NCBI GenBank assembly: GCA_008369845.1
Contig: MRSU01006085.1
Span: 1-35,022 of the forward strand
Length of the DNA stretch: 35,022 bases
Reading direction: 5' to 3'
Origin: Trichomonas gallinae
Taxonomy: Eukaryota
Shown here: one piece after another, positions 1-8,442 of the stretch
Position numbering within the stretch: the first letter of the stretch is position 1
How the letters are laid out: the number at the start of each line of letters is the position of its first letter
The notes under the pieces: model-generated
What the model saw: the letters and a program-made list of their open reading frames with translations, nothing else
The model's database searches: none
What the model was told of the DNA's origin: nothing
Position numbers and translations under genes: made by a program

Positions 1-106
1 ATATTATAAATCATCATATATATTATAAATCATCATATATATTATAAATCATCATATATATTATAAATCATCATATATATATAAATCATCATATATATTA
101 TAAATC
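1..106. repeat. 19-bp tandem repeat (ATTATAAATCATCATATAT)n, about 5.5 copies, probably continuing beyond the left edge
   Basis: The unit starts at 3, 22, 41, 60, about 79 (1-bp deletion) and about 97. Confidence 0.95.
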
Positions 107-430
107 CATATAGGAAAATCTGTAATTGCAATGATAAAATTTGAAATTTTTTTTTATCTTGTAAATTACTTAATGATTAGTAAATATATTTAAAATGTAC
201 TGAATATATTATGAATTTATATAGGAAATATCAGTAATTGCAAAGATATTTTTTGAAAAAATTTTAGTTGATAAATTAGCTAACAAGTAGTGATTACATT
301 TATATTTCACCTAATATATTATAAACACTCATATGAAACAGCCTATAATTACAATATAATGTTTAGAAATTGAATATATGCATTTAAACTATTAATATTA
401 GTTAAATTAGTCAGTATCTTCATAAAATAT
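95..430. repeat. Degenerate tandem repeat of about 111 bp, about 3 copies
   Basis: TAGGAAA at 111 and 222, with TATGAAA at 332. GTAATTGCAA at 122 and 234, with a degenerate ATAATTACAA near 345. Confidence 0.7.
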
Positions 431-603
431 AATTATGTCCACTTTTTATCATATTTGCGAAACCATTTTTTGATTAAATTGAAATTTATCGATATTATGC
501 TTGTTTTTCAGGATTTGATAGAATATTTTAGGATTTAAAAGATGAAAAGTGGATATCATTATACATATTTCTTTACAAAGGTCGAATAAAATATAAAATA
601 AAA

Positions 604-2151
604 TCAAAGGCTCGTTTTATGGACTAAAACTTTTTGTAGAGCTGTTGATTTTGTCACTGATGGTGTATCTGATACTTGCACAACTTTTACTGTTGGCGCA
701 CTCGAAGTTTTAACAACATTTATTGTTGGCGCCTGAATAACATGGACAGTTGGTGCATTTCCGAAGACCTGGATGACAGGTGCAGGCAATACTTGCTGTG
801 ATGTCTGTGGCGCTGGTTTTGGAACCAAATTATATGGATTTGAAACTTTTTTGATTATTGGAGTTAACTGACTATTATCTTGCTGGGGCTGGCTTCTTAT
901 CTGTACTTGAGGAGGTGGAAGAGGTGCTGATGCTCTTGGAGCGCTCTGAATAATTTTAACTTTATTTTGTGGTGGAATTATTTGAGTTGGGGGTGTCATG
1001 AGCTGCGTATTATACATATGTGTCTGTGTTGACATAACTGATGTCTGTTGTGAAGCAGAATGTGTCGATGGAGCAGAATTCATGTACATCATTGAACTTG
1101 AAGTCATTGGCGATCCATACTGCATCTGCTGCATCTGTGCTTGACTGCTAACAGTTATTTGGTTAGGAACTGTGTTTAACGGCAGATTTGTAAATTGAGG
1201 AGGAGATTGATAGGTCATAGCTTGCTGATTTGAGTAATTTGGAGTCATACTCTGTTGATATGTCATTTGCTGCTGCGCTTGGTGAGATTTTCGTGAATGT
1301 TTTGATGGAATATTCATTTGTTGGACAGAAGTAGTCGGAGGCATGCTCATCTGCTGCACTTTCTGTTGCTGCTGATATGTAGGTGGTGATTGATTCTTTG
1401 GAGGAGTTTCTTGTGGATATTGAACGAGATAACTTGGAAGAAACTTTGCGACTGGATGTTGATATGCATTTGTAATGTTTTTAGGCTGCGGTGGAGTTGT
1501 ACGTGTAAGATTTGTATAATCGAGATGTTTTGAAACAATTGGAAATCCTTTTCCAGCATTTGGCTCAGATAGATTGATATCGACTAAATCATTAGAGAAT
1601 TGTGTTGCTTTCTGATAAGAATTTTCTTTTTCAGGAATTTGTTGCAAGAATTCGTTGACATCTGTAATCAAACTATTTGTCTTCGTGAACCACTGCGCTT
1701 GTAGTGGCTGATTACTGTTAGTCATGTGTAAGTCGGTGATTTCTTGTTGAAGTTGAAGGATTTCTTCGTCTAGTTGTCGATTTGATTCTTCTAATTCGCG
1801 AATTGTCGAATCATATTCTTGTAATTTTTGCTCCTTTGTTGATTGTAGGAGTTCCTTGTCTTTACTAAGATTCTTAAAACTTTCATTGATGATTTCAAAT
1901 TTTTCTTGGTAATATTTTTCTGTATTTTCTGTTTCTGCAAGAATTTCAGCGTTTTTCATCATCAGATGGGATAGTTTATTAGTTTCCACTTGTATTAATT
2001 CGTTGATAAGAGCTTCAGCTGCATCAACATCTTGAATTCCTCTGATTTTGAGGTTGTGATTCTCGCTAATAACACTCGTTAGGAGACTTAACAAGTATTG
2101 CTGCGCCTTCGGATCAAGTGGGACATTGCCTTGACCGCCCGGCTCGCTCAT
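604..2151 (-). CDS. Hypothetical protein with an N-terminal coiled coil and a long Q/S/T/P/M-rich low-complexity C-terminal half
   Basis: 515-aa ATG ORF. An Inr-like TCATTTT lies about 10-17 nt upstream on the coding strand. Confidence 0.85.
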   Translation of the reverse strand: MSEPGGQGNVPLDPKAQQYLLSLLTSVISENHNLKIRGIQDVDAAEALINELIQVETNKLSHLMMKNAEILAETENTEKYYQEKFEIINESFKNLSKDKELLQSTKEQKLQEYDSTIRELEESNRQLDEEILQLQQEITDLHMTNSNQPLQAQWFTKTNSLITDVNEFLQQIPEKENSYQKATQFSNDLVDINLSEPNAGKGFPIVSKHLDYTNLTRTTPPQPKNITNAYQHPVAKFLPSYLVQYPQETPPKNQSPPTYQQQQKVQQMSMPPTTSVQQMNIPSKHSRKSHQAQQQMTYQQSMTPNYSNQQAMTYQSPPQFTNLPLNTVPNQITVSSQAQMQQMQYGSPMTSSSMMYMNSAPSTHSASQQTSVMSTQTHMYNTQLMTPPTQIIPPQNKVKIIQSAPRASAPLPPPQVQIRSQPQQDNSQLTPIIKKVSNPYNLVPKPAPQTSQQVLPAPVIQVFGNAPTVHVIQAPTINVVKTSSAPTVKVVQVSDTPSVTKSTALQKVLVHKTSL

Positions 2152-2159
2152 TATTTACA

Positions 2160-2181
2160 AAAAAATGATTTTTTTACATGA
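2160..2181 (-). promoter_or_regulatory. Inr-like element (TCATTTT) preceded by a TCATGTAAA motif variant
   Basis: The minus strand reads ..TCATGTAAAAAAATCATTTTTTTGTAAATAATG. TCA(Y)(W) just upstream of the ATG matches the trichomonad initiator consensus. Confidence 0.6.
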
Positions 2182-2624
2182 TTTCTCTTCCATTCAATTT
2201 CATTTTTTGAGTTTTAAAACTTACTAACAGAAAGCTATTTAATAATCGAATTTTCGAAATATTATTTTTATTTTCTTACCTGAATCAAAAAGTGGGTTTT
2301 TACCATAATCTAGCCAATAGTTTTTAATTTTAAATTTATTTTGTATTACATCATATATAGATGTATAATTTTATTACTTAATTTTTCATTTTTATCAATA
2401 ATTTTTTGAGATATTGCAATTTTTTGTTGTTTGCGGATTATAAAGATTTCAAAAATAAAACTTGTTAATTTTAGTAAAAATATAATTTTCACATGCAGTA
2501 AATGTTAATTATTACAAAAATAAAAACTTTTGAGAAAAAATTTAAATTTTTAGGATATAGGATAAATGATTTATAAATAAGTAATAGCAATACAACACAA
2601 TACAAAATATAAACATAAAAAAGC

Positions 2625-3581
2625 TTAGAAGCAGCAAGACATTGAAGATTCCAATAAATGCAATCTCTTTTGCATTCTTTCTATTTCACGCGTAATTCCT
2701 GCTTCTCCCTGAAGCGTTTTATTATGGTTAATTTCTTTCTGTCTTTCGACTAATTCATGATGCAAACCGTGAATCATGACAGAAAGTCTTGACTGTTGCG
2801 TAATATGTAATTTATACTGTTTTGGTTTCTTTTGGCTTGGCTCTTCTGGTTTTGGTGTGAGTTTTTTGATGATTTCGTCATTATTTTGTGATTGTTGAAG
2901 TTTTTCTTTGATTTGTGCTTTAAGATTTGTAGGGTTGAGTGTCTTGACTCTGGCTTTTAATCCTTTAAGTTTCAAATCCAATCTGGATTGTTCACCAGAT
3001 AGTTTTGTAATATCTGCCTTAAGTTCAGGAATATCGAACTGTGCACCTGCTGATTTCGTTGGAAGAGCGTTTGGATCTTCTTCTGGAAGTTGAATTTCCG
3101 CCATTTGTTGTTTAAGCTTTTTAATTTGCGCGGCTCTGTTCTTATTGCCTCCTTCTAATGCTAGTGCACGCTTTGATTTAGTAATTTCTGTCTTCAATGA
3201 ATCGATTTTCAAACGAAGAACGCGAATTGCTTCTGTTTGCGCTTGTTGCTCGGATAATGGCTTTTGCTGTTCGATTTCTGGATCAATTGGAATAGTAGCA
3301 AGCTTTTTTTCTAGATCATCTGCTGCCTTTTTTTGTTCAGAGACAGAACGAGACAGTTTTAATGCATTTTTGGAGAGTTCTTTGATTTTGCTTTGGTGTT
3401 CTATATCTTCTGTTTCTCTTTGTTTCGTCAAAGCGAGAAGTTGTTTACGTTTTTCATCTCGAATTTTCTGTAATTTTTGTATTTCGTTTCTTTTCTTGTC
3501 TTCTTCTGTCATGGCGATGTTCTGCGAGTTGTCTTCCTCTTCATCAGAAGATTCGTCAAGCGCATTGAAGTTGTAAATCAT
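2625..3581 (-). CDS. Coiled-coil protein, CCDC13-like (centriolar satellite/cilia-associated family)
   Basis: 318-aa ORF. The segments KIKELSK, KRALALEGG..NRAAQIKKLK and LKARVKTL..LKAQI..QSQNNDEIIKKL resemble recalled CCDC13 blocks (KIVELSKK; KVLAREVG..GRAQQI; RSRNKLL..LKSQM..HDDELIDAL) in the same order. Confidence 0.55.
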   Translation of the reverse strand: MIYNFNALDESSDEEEDNSQNIAMTEEDKKRNEIQKLQKIRDEKRKQLLALTKQRETEDIEHQSKIKELSKNALKLSRSVSEQKKAADDLEKKLATIPIDPEIEQQKPLSEQQAQTEAIRVLRLKIDSLKTEITKSKRALALEGGNKNRAAQIKKLKQQMAEIQLPEEDPNALPTKSAGAQFDIPELKADITKLSGEQSRLDLKLKGLKARVKTLNPTNLKAQIKEKLQQSQNNDEIIKKLTPKPEEPSQKKPKQYKLHITQQSRLSVMIHGLHHELVERQKEINHNKTLQGEAGITREIERMQKRLHLLESSMSCCF

Positions 3582-3605
3582 TTTTTATTTGAAGGACAGA
3601 ATAAC

Positions 3606-3660
3606 TGACACGTAAAAATTAAATGTCATGTAAAATGTATAACGATTATTTTACATGTCA
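3606..3660. promoter_or_regulatory. Cluster of three TGWCA-N-GTAAA motifs in a divergent promoter
   Basis: TGACACGTAAA at 3606-3616, TGTCATGTAAA at 3624-3634, and TTTACATGTCA (reverse) at 3650-3660. Confidence 0.6.
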
Positions 3661-3999
3661 AAATAATATAACCTTAAACATTTTTGTTTCCTTTTTATTT
3701 TTGACAAGATTAGAGAAATTGAATTATCAACTCCAAAACACCCTTATCTTAAGGGTAAGATCTATACCATTGGTAGATACTATGGGCAGAATACTAGCCC
3801 GATTTCTAAGCTACATTTTTGGCGAAGTACCTTTTTTTTTTTTTTTTTTGATGTGTTCATTATTATTTAGGGTTGTGCGAAGTCTGACTTTTTAGCAGCG
3901 AACGAAATGCGCAATTATATTCAGCGCGTGAAAAGCGAGGCGGAATCCCCTTAAAATATCATGTAAATTTTTGTCAAAAAATTTTAGCGACTCTATATA

Positions 4000-4951
4000 A
4001 TGGAATTTGATCCTGTTGGTAGTGCTGAATTCATTCCAGAAATGATTAAAAATGATACACTTATGGAAGCTCTTGATATCAACCAACTATCTGAGTGTTT
4101 GAAGCATATTACGTTAAACAATGAAGATTCATTAAATGTTGTCAAAAAATTTCATTCAGCTTTCAACATTTCAGATAGATTCAAGACTATTCGTCATATA
4201 AATACAAATTTTGGTGAAGGAAATGAATTTGATTCAAAGAAATTCATTGAATTTTTGATGGCATTAGGTACTTGTCTCCATTTTGACATTTTCGATCAGA
4301 TTGTTAAAATTATTGAGCCTGCATTTTGCCAAAACTCATCAAATATTAGAATTTCTCGAGTTACTCAAACAGAAGAGCAATCTTCTTTATCGCAAATGGA
4401 AAATTATTCTGCCAATAAAAACATCGAGGCTCTAAAACGGATTCGTAATTTTGATGCAATATATTAACTATTTCGGAAAATTGCAAAAGTAAACGATAAA
4501 GTAGCCATGGACTATGGGATTAAAGAAAATATATGTTATGACTGATAGAAAAACAGGGAGAAATGTTTTAACTAATGCATCAGCAGAAAAAGATCAATTA
4601 TTGTTGAAGCATTTAATTGAATCAAACATTGATGTCAATACCAATGATAATGTTGGAAATACAGCATTAATTGTTGCTTCAGAAAAAGGTTTTGATGATA
4701 CTGTCAAACTTCTTGTTACAACTCCAGGAATTGATGTCAATGCGCAAAACAAATGGAATAATACTGCTTTAATACTTGCGGCATATAACGGTCATTTGGA
4801 AGTAGTCAAAGCTCTTTTGACTGTTCTTGGAATTGACATCAGAATTAATTGTAATATCAACAATACAGTTTTATACATTGCTTCCATAGAATATCCTGAA
4901 ATTGCGAAGATTTTAAGATCTCATGGAGTTAAAGCATTCAATTCCTTGTAA
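4000..4951 (+). pseudogene. Disrupted ankyrin-repeat family gene (premature TAA plus +1 frameshift)
   Basis: ORF 4000-4467 stops at TAA 4465-4467, but the frame continues with plausible coding sequence (LFRKIAKVNDKVAMDYGIKEN) to 4545. Ankyrin repeats (GNTALIVAS..G...VKLL; NNTALILAAYNGHLEVVKALL) lie in the +1 frame, 4514-4951. Confidence 0.7.
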
Positions 4952-5124
4952 ATATGTTGCAATACATGAAATTTGTTCTTGCCTCGATTTTTATGAAACC
5001 AATTTATTATTGTTATATTATGTTGTCATAAAAATAAATCTTGGTACAATATACCTATGGATGCTTACTAATAATTATAGTTTCTACCTTTTTGACGCTT
5101 TACAAAGTCAAATGTTGGAATTAT

Positions 5125-6570
5125 CTAGTCGTTGAAATATTGCTCTAAAAGAGAATCAACAATTGCATCATATTCTTCAAAATCACTTGCATCGTCAATG
5201 AAATCTTTTGCAATTTCACGAAAAGCTTCATTATCAGCAAAAAATGGAAGCAGTTTGGATAATGTAATTAATGCATCATTAATAAAACTCCTATCGTTAA
5301 AGTTATCCGATTGTATGGCAGTGATAATTAAGTCTACGTGAGGAACTAATATAGAAGGATCGCATTTCGATGAGACAACGAAAACAAGTGATGCTATGGA
5401 CTTCTTAGTGTTAAAATTGCCAGCATCAATAATCGCTGCGCACATGTCGAATATTTCGTTGATATTCGGAAGAAAAGAAATGTCATGCCTGAAAATCAGT
5501 GAAAGAACAAGAATGCCTGGTGGAATGCAAGACTTCTCCTCTCCACACATTCCAAGTCTCTGCATAATTGCGTTCAAAATTAGCAGAGGATTCACGAATT
5601 TTGCAACTTCTATTTTTAAGTTTTCATCATTTAGTGCTGTTTCAAGAATTTCAAAGAAATCAATGAAAGAATTCTCATCAGTAAATCTATCAGTTATAAA
5701 AAGATTCCACATTTCCGCATAAATATTTTTGCTATGAATTATATTTCTTGTATTTTCGTTTAATCTTGTGAATAACTTTAAATAATGTATCATTATTGAT
5801 GTAAATTGTTGATTATCAAGACAAGCCCATAAAAGATCAATAAAATCATTAAGATTTATATCATTTATTATTTCTTCACCACTTAAGTAATATTCTAAGT
5901 TCATTATAAGGTCATAAGCAAGTTTGAATATTTCTATCTTTTTAAGTTCAACTAAATTACCGTCAACTGCAACTACTAAAATTTCACGAATTAAATTGTA
6001 AATTGCTTCAATAGTTTTTAAACTTAAAATATATTTGCAAAATGCATAGCTTCTTGTTGCGAATACGTTAAGCAACTCAAGCGCTTTGTGAACAAAAATA
6101 TCTCTAAATTCTTCTCGAGCTTGCCAATAGAATAATAAAATGACGATTAAAGAATCCAAGAATTGTATTTCAACAAGCTTAGTTAAAACTTCTGGAAATT
6201 CATTAATTATTTTAGACATCAATGTCAAAGAAGCTGAAATTAGATCTGGTATTTGACAATTATTAATATTATTGATAATGATATTCAATGTTTGAAGCAA
6301 ACCCAATTCTGAGAAAAGATTTGGATCTGGAACTTCAGCATCAAACCATTGGATCATTTTTGTAACTAAACTGTATACTTCTGTGAATCTCTTTATATTA
6401 TCTGCTATTCTTAAAGATTCATTTAATTTTTGTATTTCGGTCAAATCTGAATTAAGAGTTTTATCAATAATTTCATGTATAAGTTCTGTCCATTCATCAA
6501 TATTATGTGTTATTGTCTTATTTGTTTCATTTGAATCAGTTGCTTTATCATTAATTTTATAATCATTCAT
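5125..6570 (-). CDS. Hypothetical all-alpha protein, probable ARM/HEAT-like solenoid
   Basis: 481-aa ATG ORF rich in I/L/F/D/E/N with repeating amphipathic helices (e.g. LGLLQTLNIII, GNFNTKKSIASLV). No catalytic motifs seen. Confidence 0.75.
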   Translation of the reverse strand: MNDYKINDKATDSNETNKTITHNIDEWTELIHEIIDKTLNSDLTEIQKLNESLRIADNIKRFTEVYSLVTKMIQWFDAEVPDPNLFSELGLLQTLNIIINNINNCQIPDLISASLTLMSKIINEFPEVLTKLVEIQFLDSLIVILLFYWQAREEFRDIFVHKALELLNVFATRSYAFCKYILSLKTIEAIYNLIREILVVAVDGNLVELKKIEIFKLAYDLIMNLEYYLSGEEIINDINLNDFIDLLWACLDNQQFTSIMIHYLKLFTRLNENTRNIIHSKNIYAEMWNLFITDRFTDENSFIDFFEILETALNDENLKIEVAKFVNPLLILNAIMQRLGMCGEEKSCIPPGILVLSLIFRHDISFLPNINEIFDMCAAIIDAGNFNTKKSIASLVFVVSSKCDPSILVPHVDLIITAIQSDNFNDRSFINDALITLSKLLPFFADNEAFREIAKDFIDDASDFEEYDAIVDSLLEQYFND

Positions 6571-6736
6571 ATTATGACAAAATTTCCAAATGTAAAGTCA
6601 AAAATGATTCAAAATTGTCAATTGTAAATTGACAAAATGACAGAAATAATTTTTAAAAATTGTAAAGTCAATAATTAAATTTACGTGTCAAAAATGATTA
6701 TTTTTGCGAAGCAAAAATTGACGTTTAAAAATATAA

Positions 6737-7357
6737 ATGTCAAAGCATCGAACTTATAGAGGGCAACTTGAAGCAGAGATAAGACGAACACCACAAAAGC
6801 TCAAAATCGAAGAGCCTGTTGAAGTTCCAGTGGCAGATTACAAGCAGGCCGCTGTTGATCTTCAAACAGAAAATATTCGTTTGGAAAAAGAGATAAATGA
6901 TCTGAAATTGAAAATTGCGGAAGAAAAAGACAACTACAATAGAGAAATGGCCGAATTGTTTGCAGAATCACAAGAAATTCAGCATAAAAAAGAGCTTGAA
7001 GAAAATGATATTCGTGAAAAATTAATTATAGTTAAAAAGCAACTGGATGAAATTAATGATTGGTACAATGACACTGATAAAATTCAAGCAGAACTGCAGC
7101 AAGCTCAGAGTGAAGCAGATCAGATTCAAAAAGAAAAAGAAATTGTCTGTTCTATACTTGATAACTTCATAACTATTGCTCAGTCAATTAAAGATGGGCA
7201 AACAAAAACAACATTATTAACAAGTTCATTTATACAGCCTTTAAACTCATGCGAGCATTGTAAAAGCTTGAAGAAAGGATTTATGGACTTGAAGTCCATA
7301 ATGATCCAGCGTGCTTTTAGGCATCCAACTAATCTTGGCGATTTGCAAGATTTCTAA
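6737..7357 (+). CDS. Hypothetical coiled-coil protein with a C-terminal CxxC (CEHC)
   Basis: 206-aa ATG ORF with E/K/Q-rich heptads. Confidence 0.8.
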   Translation: MSKHRTYRGQLEAEIRRTPQKLKIEEPVEVPVADYKQAAVDLQTENIRLEKEINDLKLKIAEEKDNYNREMAELFAESQEIQHKKELEENDIREKLIIVKKQLDEINDWYNDTDKIQAELQQAQSEADQIQKEKEIVCSILDNFITIAQSIKDGQTKTTLLTSSFIQPLNSCEHCKSLKKGFMDLKSIMIQRAFRHPTNLGDLQDF

Positions 7358-7505
7358 TTGTTTCTAATTTGTTTTGTTGATTAAAAAAATATGCTAAATT
7401 GGAATAGCCGTAATATTTTGAGTTATTTACAAATTCATTATAAAAATATTTGATATAACAAAAATATAAAGACATTTTAGCGTACTTATGGATAAATAAA
7501 CAATT

Positions 7506-7925
7506 TTATGTCTGAAGGTACTCTGCACAGTTCAATAACTCAATAGCAATTTCTGGATTAATATCAAAGTGAGGTAATTGATCTATGTGTTCAGAGTATT
7601 GTGTTCTATAATGCCAGTATTCAATAATACGTTCTAATACTTCAGATCTAATATTGTTGAAACGGATTGTTTTGCTGTGAGCTTCTTCGCAGTTTCCGCC
7701 GCCATAAAGAGTATTTCTGATTGTCTGTGAAATCATTGCAGTCTTTTTATCTACAATAAATACGTAGCCATCGTTAGACATTAATTTCAAAAAGTCCATT
7801 GGCTGAAACTCATCTTCAAACTGCTCTTCTTCCTCTTCCTGATCATCTTTCTTCGGAGGTGGTGGTGGCGGTGGGGCCTCTTTCTTCTTCGAACGGCTAC
7901 TCGAAGATTTTCCTTTCGAGCTCAT
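7506..7925 (-). CDS. ELOC: Elongin C (SKP1/BTB/POZ family)
   Basis: LKLMSNDGYVFIVDKKTAMISQTIRNTL..F.NIRSEVLERIIEYWHYR..F.I.PEIAIELLNCAEYLQT follows the Elongin C pattern and ends where Elongin C ends, without the Skp1 C-terminal F-box-binding helices. Start placed at ATG 7925 (MSSKGK) because the upstream ATG at 7982 sits inside the recurring promoter motif. Confidence 0.88.
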   Translation of the reverse strand: MSSKGKSSSSRSKKKEAPPPPPPPKKDDQEEEEEQFEDEFQPMDFLKLMSNDGYVFIVDKKTAMISQTIRNTLYGGGNCEEAHSKTIRFNNIRSEVLERIIEYWHYRTQYSEHIDQLPHFDINPEIAIELLNCAEYLQT

Positions 7926-7976
7926 TCCTTTATTTATTAACGTAATAAAACCACTTTTTTGACAAAAAGTTATATC

Positions 7977-8401
7977 TGTCATGTAAATTTATTTTTTTTT
8001 TTTTTTTTTTTTTTTTTGATAAATTTTTAGAAAGATCTACAAGAGTAAATTAGATAATATCCAAATTTCTACGTAAACTATGGTTACCATAGTATGGTAT
8101 AACATATCCTTTAGTCAGCATTATAATTGTTAAAGAAAGAATAAATGATTTTTTGACATGTAAAACCTGAAATTGTTATGTAAAATAATTATTTGACATG
8201 TAAAGTCAATATTTTTTTGGAACATTTAGAACAAGATCTGTAATTACTATTTGGTTGATATCCAAAATTCTACATAAATTATAGTGTAATAAACTGTTTC
8301 ATCGGCACTACGAGCATTGGATAATTATTGTCTAAAAATTTCTTGAAAACGAAGGGATTTTTGTTTTTGACATGTAAAATATGATATTGCCATGTAAAAT
8401 T
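7977..8401. repeat. Diverged tandem duplication of about 215 bp filling most of a divergent promoter
   Basis: Units at 7977-8186 and 8194-8401 share, in order: TGWCATGTAAA, a T-run, TTTAGAA..AGATCT, ATATCCAAA.TTCTAC.TAAA, AGCATT and TTTTGACATGTAAAA..TGA.ATTG..ATGTAAAAT. Confidence 0.75.
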
Positions 8402-8442
8402 GAAGGACGTTAATAAAAAAATCTGATTTTTAAAATTTAAAA

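Noticed and set aside
1..106. Possible CRISPR array or telomere
   Set aside because: The units are directly adjacent with no unique spacers, there are no cas genes, and the unit is not G-rich like a telomeric repeat.
2221..2230. TTACTAACAG, resembling an intron branch point and acceptor
   Set aside because: It is intergenic, on the strand opposite both flanking genes, with no associated exon.
4445..4489. GT..AG intron that would remove the ankyrin gene's premature stop
   Set aside because: There is no ACTAAC branch point or trichomonad 3' intron motif, and removing 45 nt would not fix the downstream frameshift.
7926..7982. Longer N-terminus for Elongin C from ATG 7982
   Set aside because: That ATG lies within the recurring TGTCATGTAAA motif, and the added sequence looks like promoter/UTR DNA.
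7992..8017. Long T-run as a retroposon poly(A) tail
   Set aside because: There is no target-site duplication or retroelement body, and it aligns with a shorter T-run in the second unit of the local duplication.
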